A stretch of 54,953 bases of DNA from Promethearchaeota archaeon (GCA_048941605.1 JBHLNL010000007.1:1-54953); one strand, 5' to 3'; positions 28,808 to 39,340 are shown, counted from the stretch's first letter. The notes: generated by a model from the letters alone, not told the origin. A program made the numbers and translations.

Positions 28808-30283
28808 ATGGCTAAAAAGAAGAAAGAAGCCCCTATAACGGGAATAACTGTATCAAAGGAAGAAGATTTTTCTGCGTGGTATACTGAATTAATTAATAAA
28901 GCCGAGTTAGCTGATATTAGATATAATATTAAGGGTTTTGTTGTGTACAGAGAATGGGCGACACTCACAATTAGGAAAATGTATAAAAAAACAGAAGATT
29001 TGCTGGATAAAAAAGGTCATCTCCCACTTACAATGCCCTCTCTTATTCCTGAATCTAATTTTTTATTAGAAGCTCAACATGTTGAGGGTTTTGCTCCTGA
29101 AGTATTTTGGGTTACCGAAGCAGGGAGTTCTGGTAAATTATCTGAACGCTTAGCATTACGTCCTACAAGCGAGACAGCTCTCTATAAGATGTATGCTTTA
29201 TGGATAAGAAGTTATAAAGATTTACCATTTAAGAGATATTTATCATGCCAAGTGTGGAGATATGAAGGAAAAATGACAAGACCGTTTTTTAGAGGTAGAG
29301 AATTTCATTGGATTGAATCACATAATGTATTCGCTACAATGGAAGAAGCAATGGAACAGGTTAAAGAGGATATGGAAACAACATACCAAGTTCTTCAAGA
29401 TGAATGTTGTATTCCAATTATCTTTTTTCAAAGACCAGAATGGGATAAATTTCCAGGGGCAATTCATACCTATGCTGCAGATGCACTAATGGGTTCTGGA
29501 AAAGTTCTACAGTTACCTTCAACTCATTTATTAGGTCAAATTTTTTCAAAACCATTTAATGTGAAGTTTGTAGATACTGATGGACAAGAAAAATATGGAT
29601 ACCAGACTTGTTATGGCCCTGCTCAGAGTAGAAACTATGGTGCAATGATTGCATATTTAGGTGATGATAAAGGTTTAGTTTTACCTTTTGATTTAGCACC
29701 AATTCAAATTATTATTATCCCCATAATTTATAAAGGAAAAGAGAAATTGGTGTTGGCTAAAGCAAAAGAAATATACAATATCTTCAAAGATAAATACTTT
29801 GTCAAAATTGATGATTCTGACGAGTCAGTCGGAAATAAATATTATCACTGGGAAATGAAAGGCGTGCCTATAAGAATAGAAATTGGTCCAAAAGAAATTG
29901 AAAAGCAACAAGTTTTTGTCGTAAAAAGACATGATGGTGAAAGTTTTGAGATAAAGGAGAGCCAATTAGAGGATAAGATTGAAAAAATTGCTCAAAATTA
30001 TACTAAAGAAATAAAAGAAAAGTCTATTATTGATTTCGAATCTCAAGTTGAGTGTGTTTATGAAAAAGATGCTGCGATTGAAGCAATTAATAATGGAAAA
30101 ATTGTCTGCTGTGGTTTTTGCTCAATTGATATGGATGCCTACCATTGTGCTGAAGTGGTCGAAAAAGAAGTAGGAGGTTTTGTCCGTGGGAAAAGAGTCG
30201 ATGAAGAAAAACATGAATTTGCTACTTGCTTAATTTGTGGAAAACCTGCTGGTTGTACCGTTTATATTGCTAGGAGTTACTAA
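28808..30283 (+). CDS. proS: Prolyl-tRNA synthetase (archaeal/eukaryotic type)
   Basis: FSAWY, HVEGFAPEV, LRPTSET, RGREFHW, WEMKGVPIRIEIGP, C-terminal Zn site and ARSY. Confidence 0.97.
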   Translation: MAKKKKEAPITGITVSKEEDFSAWYTELINKAELADIRYNIKGFVVYREWATLTIRKMYKKTEDLLDKKGHLPLTMPSLIPESNFLLEAQHVEGFAPEVFWVTEAGSSGKLSERLALRPTSETALYKMYALWIRSYKDLPFKRYLSCQVWRYEGKMTRPFFRGREFHWIESHNVFATMEEAMEQVKEDMETTYQVLQDECCIPIIFFQRPEWDKFPGAIHTYAADALMGSGKVLQLPSTHLLGQIFSKPFNVKFVDTDGQEKYGYQTCYGPAQSRNYGAMIAYLGDDKGLVLPFDLAPIQIIIIPIIYKGKEKLVLAKAKEIYNIFKDKYFVKIDDSDESVGNKYYHWEMKGVPIRIEIGPKEIEKQQVFVVKRHDGESFEIKESQLEDKIEKIAQNYTKEIKEKSIIDFESQVECVYEKDAAIEAINNGKIVCCGFCSIDMDAYHCAEVVEKEVGGFVRGKRVDEEKHEFATCLICGKPAGCTVYIARSY

Positions 30284-30384
30284 ATTACACAAAGCTAGAT
30301 TTACATTATCATTTTGAATTCTTTTAATTATTGATAAAATGAAATATTTTAATTACTAAGTCATATTTTTATCTGTGATCTATT

Positions 30385-30561
30385 ATGGCAAATAAAGAAA
30401 AAGTCATAGATGTGTTTAAAACAACAGATAAAGCATTACGACCAGGTGAAATTGCAGAACGACTTGGAATTGATTCTAAGGAAGTATCAAAAATAATAAA
30501 AGAATTGCGTGAAGAAGGAAAGGTTTATTCTCCTAAACGTTGTTATTATGCTATTAAATAA
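30385..30561 (+). CDS. 58-aa winged-helix DNA-binding protein (not in ORF track)
   Basis: MANKEKVIDVFKTTDKALRPGEIAERLGIDSKEVSKIIKELREEGKVYSPKRCYYAIK. Confidence 0.85.
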   Translation: MANKEKVIDVFKTTDKALRPGEIAERLGIDSKEVSKIIKELREEGKVYSPKRCYYAIK

Positions 30562-30625
30562 GTAAAATTTAAATAATTCTTGATTTTTATTCTTATCTTA
30601 TAATTTGATTTAGGGATTTAAAGCT

Positions 30626-31417
30626 ATGGTAATAATTGATTTTCACGTGCATGCACAAAAATTAGAAACTCTCATAACAGATAATCAAGAATTTTTAGAG
30701 AAGGAAACGATTCTTAGGTCTATGGATGAGGCAGGTATTGATTATTCTGTGCTCATTGTTGTTGCTAAGAGAGGAGAGTTAAAGAAAACGAGAGTAGTAA
30801 ATGATCAATTAGCAACTCTTTGTAGCGACGAAAAAAGATTTTTAGGGTTTGGTTCGATCCATCCGTTAGATGGTAAGCCAGCGTTGGAAGAAATGAATCG
30901 TTGTGTTAAAGAATTGGGTTTAAAAGGATTTAAATTCCACCCAGTAATTCAAGATTTTGATGTGGGTGATCCTTCATTAATTAAAATTTTTCAAAAAGCA
31001 GCTGAATTGGGAGTTCCTATTCTTATTGATTCTTGTGACCCTCGTGATGCAACACAAAATACAAAATTCTTTAATCTAGCTTCTAAATGTCCAGAAACCA
31101 CGATATGTTTTGCTCATGTTGGGTTACACAGATTTATGGATTATTTTATTTTTGGTTTTTTAAAAGATAATCCTTATTTCAAAATGAATATTTATTTTGA
31201 TCTTACTAGCATCTGCTCTGTTTTTAAAGATTCACCATTCCATGAACAAGTTCGTTGGATTACTGAAAAAATTGGATCTGAATACCTTCTCTTTGGTTCA
31301 GATTTTCCAGGAAATAGCCAGAAAGAATCTTTGCAGGATATTATTGAATTTGGTTATCCCAAAGAATGGATGTCGAAAATTCTTGGAGAGAATGCAATGA
31401 AATTATTAAATTTATAA
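30626..31417 (+). CDS. Amidohydrolase-2 family metallohydrolase
   Basis: IDFHVH, GFKFHP, FAHVG, FGSDFP and ILGENA. Confidence 0.9.
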   Translation: MVIIDFHVHAQKLETLITDNQEFLEKETILRSMDEAGIDYSVLIVVAKRGELKKTRVVNDQLATLCSDEKRFLGFGSIHPLDGKPALEEMNRCVKELGLKGFKFHPVIQDFDVGDPSLIKIFQKAAELGVPILIDSCDPRDATQNTKFFNLASKCPETTICFAHVGLHRFMDYFIFGFLKDNPYFKMNIYFDLTSICSVFKDSPFHEQVRWITEKIGSEYLLFGSDFPGNSQKESLQDIIEFGYPKEWMSKILGENAMKLLNL

Positions 31418-31508
31418 TTAATATATTTCTATTCTTTTTCGTTATTCATTATAAGGATACCATTCTTAAGATTTCACTATGTTTGAGTTTTGATATGGAA
31501 GATAACCT

Positions 31509-31521
31509 AAAAAAAAAAAAA
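31509..31521 (-). terminator. T13 terminator of the small Zn-finger gene
   Basis: A13 on + strand, 9 nt past the stop at 31530. Confidence 0.55.
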
Positions 31522-31529
31522 TAAAGACT

Positions 31530-31694
31530 TCAATGAGAATGGAAGAGCGGAGTAGATTTTTGTTGATGTTCTTTTATAAATTTCGATTCTACGTTGATAT
31601 ATCCACAATTTAAACATTGAACAGTTTTAGGTGGAAAATAATTTAAGACTTTAGGCATTTTCATTGAAGCACAATTAGGACAATAATAATACAT
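31530..31694 (-). CDS. 54-aa zinc-finger microprotein (not in ORF track)
   Basis: MYYYCPNCASMKMPKVLNYFPPKTVQCLNCGYINVESKFIKEHQQKSTPLFHSH; ATG start, two CxxC knuckles, downstream T-run. Confidence 0.75.
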   Translation of the reverse strand: MYYYCPNCASMKMPKVLNYFPPKTVQCLNCGYINVESKFIKEHQQKSTPLFHSH

Positions 31695-31784
31695 TTTTTA
31701 AAACCCTTCGATTTAAATTATTATTATCTAACCTAAAGGTTTTTAAGAATCATTAAAAACTACTATAATTTATTTTAGATAATA

Positions 31785-32687
31785 ATGAATGATTTCATAC
31801 ACCTAGTTTCAGAGGAATTCAATAAAATTTATTTCATACAAGGAGCTAGAGAGGGTAAATATCCATATTCACACTCTATGCTTATTGAGGATCTTTTAAT
31901 AGACACGGGGATTTCTAGTAGGTTATTAAGAAAACTTAAGAGGCTTTTTCCAATAAATAAAATATTACTTTCCCATTGGCATGAAGATCATACTTCAGGT
32001 AATCGATTATTCCCTAATACTCGATTCTTTATTCATTCAAAAGATAAATTTTTAATAGAGAATGTAAATAAATTTAATGAATTTTATGGTATCTCAAATA
32101 CTCAAGCAGAAAAAGAATCTGAGTGGGTTATGGAAAGTTTGAGACTGACAAATACTAAGATTGATAAAGTAATAGAGGATAATGAAGTAATTGAAGTTAA
32201 AGACGGACTAAAAGTTAAAATAATTCATACTCCTGGTCATACAGCTGGTCATTGCGCCTTTTTTGAACTAAACTCTAAAATAGCATTCTTAGCTGACATT
32301 GATCTAACTAATTTTGTATTTTATGCGGGTATTGATTCAAATTTAATTGATTTTGAAGAATCACTCGATAAATTAAATAAATTTAATATAAAAATGGCTG
32401 TTACTGGTCATAGAGGAATAATTGAAGGTGAAAATGTAATAAAAGAAGAATTAAATAAATATAAATCAATAATTTATAAACGAGATCAGCGAATTTTATC
32501 TTATTTTTCTGAAGGTAATCCAAAAAATATTATAAATTTTAAAAATAAAAATCTTATTTATAAATATTACAGTCAATTCAAGGAATATGAAATCATTGCA
32601 GAATTAATAATGATCGAAAAGCATTTTGATAAATTCCTTAAATATGGATTGATAGAACAAAAAGGGAATGGTTATGTTTTAAGCTAA
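31785..32687 (+). CDS. Metallo-beta-lactamase-fold hydrolase
   Basis: IDTG, SHWHEDH, HTPGHTAGH, ADID and TGH. Confidence 0.9.
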   Translation: MNDFIHLVSEEFNKIYFIQGAREGKYPYSHSMLIEDLLIDTGISSRLLRKLKRLFPINKILLSHWHEDHTSGNRLFPNTRFFIHSKDKFLIENVNKFNEFYGISNTQAEKESEWVMESLRLTNTKIDKVIEDNEVIEVKDGLKVKIIHTPGHTAGHCAFFELNSKIAFLADIDLTNFVFYAGIDSNLIDFEESLDKLNKFNIKMAVTGHRGIIEGENVIKEELNKYKSIIYKRDQRILSYFSEGNPKNIINFKNKNLIYKYYSQFKEYEIIAELIMIEKHFDKFLKYGLIEQKGNGYVLS

Positions 32688-32734
32688 AATTAGGAATTTA
32701 AAGAATTGTTTTTAATCTACATAGAGGTTCAAAA

Positions 32735-33505
32735 ATGGAAGATATTGTCTTATATGAAAAAGAGAATGTTATTGGGAAAATTACTTTAAATAATCCAGAA
32801 AAAAGGAATGCACTAGATTTGGAAATTCTTAGGAAGTTAATCGATACTTTCAATAAGAGTGCTAATAATAACGATATATGTGTTATTTATTCCGCTAACG
32901 GTAAAGATTTTACTGTCGGTGCAGATTTGAAATACGGATATGATTTACTTACTAGTAAGAATCGAATGAGTGAAGCTGTTGAATTTTTAGAATCTTTTCA
33001 AAATTTAACAAGAGCAATGTTAGCTCATCCTGGTATAATAATTGCAGGGCTTCATGGGTGGGTTATTGGAGGAGGTTTTGAACAATTATTATACTGTGAC
33101 TTAAGAATTGCTGCTAATAATACTCGAATAATGCTCCCAGAGTTAGGAGTGGGGCTTTTCTTTTCAAATGCTTCTACAAAATTATTGCCAAGAATTATTG
33201 GAGAAGGAAGAGCCAAAAATTTTATGTATTTAGGGGGTGAAATTAATGCTGAGGAAGCCTTTAATATTGGGTTAGTGAATCAAGTGTGTAAACCTGAGGG
33301 GTTAAGGAGGATTCTTAAACGTATAGCCAATACAATAGTCCAAAAAGATCACACTGCTATAAAATTAGCAAAAAAATTAATAAATGAAAATCAGGATGAA
33401 TCAATTGAAGCTGTTTTAACCAAGGAATTACAGGCTATGATCTTAACTGGTCAATCCGCGGACCTTAAGAGAAGACTTAGTAAATTTGTGAAAGATAAGA
33501 AATAA
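32735..33505 (+). CDS. Enoyl-CoA hydratase/isomerase family protein
   Basis: LNNPEKRNAL, FTVGADL, GGGFE..CDLRIA and LPE. Confidence 0.92.
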   Translation: MEDIVLYEKENVIGKITLNNPEKRNALDLEILRKLIDTFNKSANNNDICVIYSANGKDFTVGADLKYGYDLLTSKNRMSEAVEFLESFQNLTRAMLAHPGIIIAGLHGWVIGGGFEQLLYCDLRIAANNTRIMLPELGVGLFFSNASTKLLPRIIGEGRAKNFMYLGGEINAEEAFNIGLVNQVCKPEGLRRILKRIANTIVQKDHTAIKLAKKLINENQDESIEAVLTKELQAMILTGQSADLKRRLSKFVKDKK

Positions 33506-33588
33506 ATTTTAAATCTTTGAAATTTATCATAATAATTTTAATTGTTTGATTTCAAAGTTAGGATATTATCGTGGAAGTTTTAGTTAGA

Positions 33589-34578
33589 TTAAATGATCTT
33601 TAAACGTTGAAATAAACCTGTGATTAAGATTGGCAAAGCAATTGTAGCATCACACCACACACTAATATGTTTTGATTCAAGAGAATATTTTCCCCAAGAT
33701 TTTGCTTCTGAAAACGTACTTCCTGAAAGTCCTCCATCATACTCTATTGCGGTGTGAATACGAACTGAATAATTATATCCCATTTTCGTTATTTTATCAA
33801 ACTGATCTAACATTGGAAAGATTTGTTGAGCCCAATTCCGTGGAACACCACCTCCTATTATTATAGTTCCGTACTCTTTATATTTTCTTATAAGATCCCC
33901 AAACTTCTTCACATCCCCTAAAATGTCAAATTGAAAGTCATATCCTTCATAAATATCATATTTTATAAGTTTCAAAGCTAACTCTGAGTCTGAAAAGGCT
34001 GGTATAAAAATGGGTATGTTCTTTTTAGCTGCTATTGAAAGAATACACTCAGTGGATAGTTTAGTACCAAGTTTTTCTAAAAATTCTGAAGGAGATATGT
34101 GAATTTTTTTCTCATTAAATGAGGATTGAATAATTTCTAATAACTTCAGATCAGCTTTGTCATAATTTTCTTCAGGGAGGAAGATATCATAAATTCTATT
34201 TATGCGGTATTTGAACAATTCATCATCATTGACATTAGGACTTCCTAAATAATGTCCAACATTACTAGCAGCATCTACCAAATCATGTGTAATATTAGCA
34301 CCTGTACTTATTAAAGCATCAATTAATTCATTTTCCATTAATACTGAAATTAGTTTACCCATCCCTGCTGGAACCAAAGCTCCGCTTAAAGTCAATACAG
34401 TTAAACAGTCTTTGTTAGTAACCATTTTTTCTAATATATCCAAAGCTATACCTAGATTTCTTCCTTGAAAGCCACAATCTTTAAGAGACAGTAAAAGATC
34501 ATCAATTTTTTTTACTTTTTTAACATCAAACGGTTGGACTTTTTTTATTAAATAATCTTCTTTTTGATGAGTATGCAT
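33589..34578 (-). CDS. dys: Deoxyhypusine synthase family protein
   Basis: GFQGRNL, SGALVPAG, STGANITHD, PAFSDS and DGGLSGSTFSEAKSWGK. Confidence 0.9.
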   Translation of the reverse strand: MHTHQKEDYLIKKVQPFDVKKVKKIDDLLLSLKDCGFQGRNLGIALDILEKMVTNKDCLTVLTLSGALVPAGMGKLISVLMENELIDALISTGANITHDLVDAASNVGHYLGSPNVNDDELFKYRINRIYDIFLPEENYDKADLKLLEIIQSSFNEKKIHISPSEFLEKLGTKLSTECILSIAAKKNIPIFIPAFSDSELALKLIKYDIYEGYDFQFDILGDVKKFGDLIRKYKEYGTIIIGGGVPRNWAQQIFPMLDQFDKITKMGYNYSVRIHTAIEYDGGLSGSTFSEAKSWGKYSLESKHISVWCDATIALPILITGLFQRLKII

Positions 34579-34912
34579 AAATAAGATTAAATATTTTAAC
34601 TATTTTAAATTAATTTTTTTCATTTTTCTTAAAGAAATTTGAAAAAATTCTGTTTAATTGACTGATATGCTTAAAATAGAATATATTCTTTGCAAACTCG
34701 TTAAACTTTTCGTTAGATAGTTGATTTAATTCAAATTTATGTAATTTTTTATTATATAGAAAAATACTGATTATAATTTGCTTAATTAGGCATAATATGA
34801 GCGCTTTAATCATCAAATTTATTATTAATTTATTAATCTTTCGAATAAATTTAAATAAAAGCTTTAATATTAAATTCTTAATTATATAACATAAAGGAAT
34901 AACGATTAATCA

Positions 34913-35461
34913 ATGTCTTTAGTCCCAAAGAAGGTTTTTTTTGTTAAGGGAAAAGGTTTTCATAAATCTAAGCTCGCTGCTTTTGAAGAAGCCCTTAGGG
35001 ATGCTGGAATTGAAAAATATAATTTAGTTAATGTTTCTTCTATTCTACCTCCATATTGTATTGAAATTAATGCACAAGATGGGTTAAAACAATTACGCCC
35101 TGGTCAAATTGTATTTGCAGTTATTGCTAGGGCAGATTCAAATGAGTATAATCGCCTGATCTGCTCCTCAATTGGTGTAGCTAAGCCTGCTGATAAAGGT
35201 CAATATGGATATTTAAGTGAACATCATTCTTTTGGTGTTAAACCAGAAAAAGTAGGGGATATAGCAGAAGATTTAGCAGCAGAAATGCTAGCAACCACTC
35301 TTGGCATTCCATTTGATCCCAATTTAAATTATGATGAGAAAAAGGAAGTGTTTAAAATGGGAGGCAAAATCGTTGAAACCAAAAGTATTACTGCTCATGC
35401 TACTGTTAGAGAAGAAAATGAATGGGCTGCTGTTATTGCTGCCGCAATTTTTATCCTTTAA
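34913..35461 (+). CDS. pdaD: Pyruvoyl-dependent arginine decarboxylase
   Basis: AFEEALRDAGI, NLVNVSSILPP (Ser-Ser autocleavage site) and YGYLSEHH. Confidence 0.93.
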   Translation: MSLVPKKVFFVKGKGFHKSKLAAFEEALRDAGIEKYNLVNVSSILPPYCIEINAQDGLKQLRPGQIVFAVIARADSNEYNRLICSSIGVAKPADKGQYGYLSEHHSFGVKPEKVGDIAEDLAAEMLATTLGIPFDPNLNYDEKKEVFKMGGKIVETKSITAHATVREENEWAAVIAAAIFIL

Positions 35462-37046
35462 TTTTTCTAAAAGAATCAATATTTATATCTTGAAAACAAG
35501 AATCTATTGATTCAATTTCTTCTAATTCTCTTAGAGAAATACGATTTTTATCCTTTGAATTCTTAGCAGCCCATATTAATTTATTAAATCGCTGGTGATG
35601 ATGATGAAACCGTTGATTGGCATATTCTTTTGCTTGTTTTGTGTAAAGAAGAAAAGGCCAATCACTCCCTTCCATCAATAAAAGTTCTCGTGCAGTTTGT
35701 TGTAATATTCTTTTCCCCCATTTATTTGGATTTAAATTTTGTTCCAGAACATTTTCAAATTCCTTGATTGATCCATTGATATATGGCCAAATCCAACCAT
35801 GTTCAGGATTTCTCCAAACTTGAAAATGTCCACCTTCACCCCAACTACTCTCACGCATTCTAATTATTGAAAAGTTATCTTTAAATTTAGATATATAGTC
35901 TGAAATGGTGATCATTTTTAGATCTTCAAGATTGTCCATTATTTCAAATATTCTCTTTAGCCATACAATTCCCTCCATCCACCAATGACCATAAAGCTCA
36001 AAATCATAGGGTGAGATGACAATTCCTCTTTTATCAAATTTTTTTGAGAATTGAACTAACTCTTCAGATACTAAGGAGATAAAGTGATTAGCATGATTTT
36101 CAACAATTTCTCTAGCCTTATCAATATTATAAAATTGTTTTTCTCCTTTTCCTAAATCTTTATTAGTGATTCTCCAATATTGTAATCCTGATTCATGATC
36201 TTTTCTGTGAAATTCTCTATAGTATTCATTTCCCGGATATCCTATTTCTGCATCCCATACTTGTCTACTTGTCATTTTATTTCTACCAAATACAGAGACT
36301 CCTGTTTCTAAAAGATATCCATAATTTGTGGTTAATCCGAGATTATTCTTTTGCTCCAATAACTCAGCATCTAATATTCCATGAGAATCTACGAAGAAAT
36401 ATTCAATACCTGAATTATTTAACCAATAATCTATACTCTCTCTCATTTGACCATTTTTATATTGTTTTGGTCTATAAGCACATTCAGGAAGCCAAATACC
36501 CTTAGGTTCTTTGTTAAAATATTTTTTGTGAGTATCAACAGCTATCTGAATTTGTGAAAAAATCCCAGAATCATTTTGCATTAATGGTAAAAAACCGTGT
36601 GTTGCTCCACATGTTATTAACTCAATCATTCCTTCATTTTGAAGCCATTTAAAGCTTCCTAAGATATCTCTATAATAATTATGATAAAAAGAATTTAATA
36701 CATACTCAAAATTCTTTAGATAATATTCAGCAATGTGCTTTCTTTCTTGGTGATTTTCAAATCGTTGTATCTCGTTTTTAGTCCTTGAGATTAAATTCTC
36801 CATATATTCTGTAAATCTCTGTTTCATATATTCATCTGCTAACTGTTCCGCCAATATTGGTGTAATATTAATAGTGATAGCTGTTTTTATTCCATGCTCT
36901 TTTAATTCTCTTAATATATTTAACATAGGAATGTAAGTCTCATTCATAGCCTCCATGAGCCATTCCTCTCCAGCAGGCCACACACCAGACTTTTTACACC
37001 ATGGAATATGTCCGTGTAAAACTAAGCCAAAATAACCAAGAGTCAT
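35451..37046 (-). CDS. GH57 1,4-alpha-glucan branching enzyme (DUF1957)
   Basis: LHGHIP, EEWL, ETYIP, THGFLP, WLPECAY, PYDFELYGHWW and SDWPF; 3' ends overlap pdaD by 11 nt. Confidence 0.92.
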   Translation of the reverse strand: MTLGYFGLVLHGHIPWCKKSGVWPAGEEWLMEAMNETYIPMLNILRELKEHGIKTAITINITPILAEQLADEYMKQRFTEYMENLISRTKNEIQRFENHQERKHIAEYYLKNFEYVLNSFYHNYYRDILGSFKWLQNEGMIELITCGATHGFLPLMQNDSGIFSQIQIAVDTHKKYFNKEPKGIWLPECAYRPKQYKNGQMRESIDYWLNNSGIEYFFVDSHGILDAELLEQKNNLGLTTNYGYLLETGVSVFGRNKMTSRQVWDAEIGYPGNEYYREFHRKDHESGLQYWRITNKDLGKGEKQFYNIDKAREIVENHANHFISLVSEELVQFSKKFDKRGIVISPYDFELYGHWWMEGIVWLKRIFEIMDNLEDLKMITISDYISKFKDNFSIIRMRESSWGEGGHFQVWRNPEHGWIWPYINGSIKEFENVLEQNLNPNKWGKRILQQTARELLLMEGSDWPFLLYTKQAKEYANQRFHHHHQRFNKLIWAAKNSKDKNRISLRELEEIESIDSCFQDINIDSFRKIKG

Positions 37047-37123
37047 TTACAAGAAAATTGATGATTTATTTATAATTTAGTCTTATATGATTATTATATT
37101 CTAACAATTTCGTGATTAAAATC

Positions 37124-38290
37124 ATGAGTATAAAATTAAAAGCTATTACAAGCCCCCCTAGCAGTGAAGAGTTATCAAATCGTTTAGAAAAAGTCAGAGA
37201 TTTAATGAAAGAGCAAGATTTGGATTATTACGTTTCATTTAATCCAGTAAATATCTACTATTTAACAAATTTTGCTTTTTATGTCCATGAACGCCCTTTT
37301 TTATTAATTATAGGAAAAGAAGGATTACCAAAGATGTTAATTCCAAAATTAGAGAAAGGACATTTTACATCTAGATCTCGAGTTAAACTTGAATTTATTA
37401 TATATAATGAATTTCCTGCCAAAATTAATGAAAATTGGTATGATTATTACCGGAAGCAAATCAAATCAGATGGTAATGTGGGTATTGAGTCAGAATTACC
37501 TATAGGAATTGCTAATAAAACACCTGGAAAAAAGATTGTTTCAGATATAATTGATGAAGTTCGAATAATTAAAACTGATTATGAAATAGGGCGAATGTAT
37601 CATGCTTGCAGAGTAGTTAATAAAGGTCATAAGGTCTTGTTAAAGAAATGTCGACCAAAAGTTCTTGAGTTCGCGTTATATAAAGAAGTTACTGATGCTA
37701 TGACTTCCAAAATAGTTCAAGATATTCCTAACGCTAATTTCAGGGCCACAGAAACCACTGGAGCTGTCTGGCCTCCTTCAATTTCACATGATCCTCACTT
37801 AGTACCACACATTTTTTGTGAAATGGAAGTGGGAGGTCCACATGTATCAATAGTCTCTGCTCAAGTAGATGGATATGGGGTTGAAGTAGAGAGGACTTTT
37901 TTTCTTGGAGAAGTACCTAAAAATGCTTTAAACCCTTTTGAAGTAATGTTTGAAGCAAGAGCAATAGCATATGATATGTTAAAACCAGGCATAATTATGA
38001 GTAATGTGGACAAATCAGTTAAGAAATTTATCTCAGAGAAAGGATTTAGTGATTATATTATACATCGCACTGGTCATGGGTTAGGCATCACTGGACATGA
38101 GGCGCCATTCTTAGCTGAGGGATATAATAAACCATTAGAAAAAAATATGGTGATTAGTGTTGAACCAGGTATTTATATTCCAGGGGTAGGCGGATTTCGT
38201 CATTCAGATACCGTGTTAATAACTGAAGAGGGATATCAAAAATTAACTAAAGCTCCAGAAACATTAGATGAGCTAACAATATCATTATAA
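37124..38290 (+). CDS. M24 pita-bread fold protein (Xaa-Pro peptidase/creatinase-like)
   Basis: NIYYLTNF, RIIKTDYEI, HRTGHGLG, HEAP and SVEPGIY; atypical metal ligands. Confidence 0.85.
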   Translation: MSIKLKAITSPPSSEELSNRLEKVRDLMKEQDLDYYVSFNPVNIYYLTNFAFYVHERPFLLIIGKEGLPKMLIPKLEKGHFTSRSRVKLEFIIYNEFPAKINENWYDYYRKQIKSDGNVGIESELPIGIANKTPGKKIVSDIIDEVRIIKTDYEIGRMYHACRVVNKGHKVLLKKCRPKVLEFALYKEVTDAMTSKIVQDIPNANFRATETTGAVWPPSISHDPHLVPHIFCEMEVGGPHVSIVSAQVDGYGVEVERTFFLGEVPKNALNPFEVMFEARAIAYDMLKPGIIMSNVDKSVKKFISEKGFSDYIIHRTGHGLGITGHEAPFLAEGYNKPLEKNMVISVEPGIYIPGVGGFRHSDTVLITEEGYQKLTKAPETLDELTISL

Positions 38291-38305
38291 AAATTAACTA
38301 TACAA

Positions 38306-38821
38306 TTATATTTTTCTTACAATTTTATTAAAGGGTTTCCTAGGTTTAGGATCTGGAATGGAGCCTTTAATATAGCCGAAGGGGAGAACAGTTAAAAGGT
38401 AATCGTTTTCACTTAATCCTAATAGCACCTTTACTTTGCCTCTATTCATTGTTCCAATCCAACATGATCCAATTCCTAAAGACCAAGCCATTAAAATCAT
38501 ATTCATTGAAACTAACGAAGTATCAATCACATACCATTTTGGACTTATTTTAGTTTTACCAACAATTGCTATTACAACAGGAGCCTCCTTAATGAATTTG
38601 CCATAAAATGCATTTCTCGAAATTTTTTCTACGATTTCTTTATTTTTTATGACAATAAACTCCCATGGTTGACGATGGGAAGCGCTAGGTGTCCACCTTC
38701 CTGCTTCTAATATCATTTCAATATCCTTTTCCGGTAAAGAAGTGTTTTGAAAAGATCTAATACTTCTTCTCCCTTTAAGGAATTCAAGAAAAACTTGTGG
38801 TTCAATCATTTTTGAAATCAT
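38306..38821 (-). CDS. Nitroreductase family protein
   Basis: RRSIRSF, TPSASHRQPWEF, AWSLGIGSCW and RKP. Confidence 0.92.
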   Translation of the reverse strand: MISKMIEPQVFLEFLKGRRSIRSFQNTSLPEKDIEMILEAGRWTPSASHRQPWEFIVIKNKEIVEKISRNAFYGKFIKEAPVVIAIVGKTKISPKWYVIDTSLVSMNMILMAWSLGIGSCWIGTMNRGKVKVLLGLSENDYLLTVLPFGYIKGSIPDPKPRKPFNKIVRKI

Positions 38822-38911
38822 TTTGATTATTATTCAATATAACCTAATCTAAAAATTATTAAAAATGCTATTTAAATTTCATTTAAAATATAAATTTAAA
38901 TTCTAATATTT

Positions 38912-39340
38912 TTAGTTAATTATTGAGTATTCTAATTCACCTAAATAATAAGATACTAATTTAATTGTCTTCCTAAACTTATCTAAAGCATCATGATGAG
39001 AAGTAGTGAGAGGAAAAATAGCTATTAATTTTTTGCCTTGATTAATAGTTTTTATTAAAAGAAAAAAGCCCTCATCTTCTCTATTATTGATCTCAGAACA
39101 AAAAATTGTTTGAGTTTTTGTCTGATAATCTACAAGTATGTTAAAATCTTCTGAGATTAATTTAATAACATTATATAATTTCATAAGTTCAATATTATAA
39201 GTTTTTGAGATAGAATCTCTACTTTTGGAGAATATTTCATTATCATATTCATCAATTAAAACACAGGAGATCGCATCAGTTTGTTTAAATAATAAATCAA
39301 AAAATACTGTAATTTCTTTTTTAAAACTAGTTATATTAAT
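38912..39340 (-). CDS. Divergent roadblock/longin-like protein, longer than the track ORF
   Basis: Frame stays open 52+ codons upstream of ATG 39184 (KKEITVFFDLLFKQTDAISCVLIDEYDNEIFSK), giving an alpha-beta-beta-alpha-beta-beta-beta-alpha pattern; start uncertain (ATT/ATA). Confidence 0.5.
   Translation of the reverse strand: MNITSFKKEITVFFDLLFKQTDAISCVLIDEYDNEIFSKSRDSISKTYNIELMKLYNVIKLISEDFNILVDYQTKTQTIFCSEINNREDEGFFLLIKTINQGKKLIAIFPLTTSHHDALDKFRKTIKLVSYYLGELEYSIIN

Noticed and set aside
34610-34816. 68-aa ORF between dys and pdaD
   Set aside because: Low-complexity; occupies the divergent promoter region
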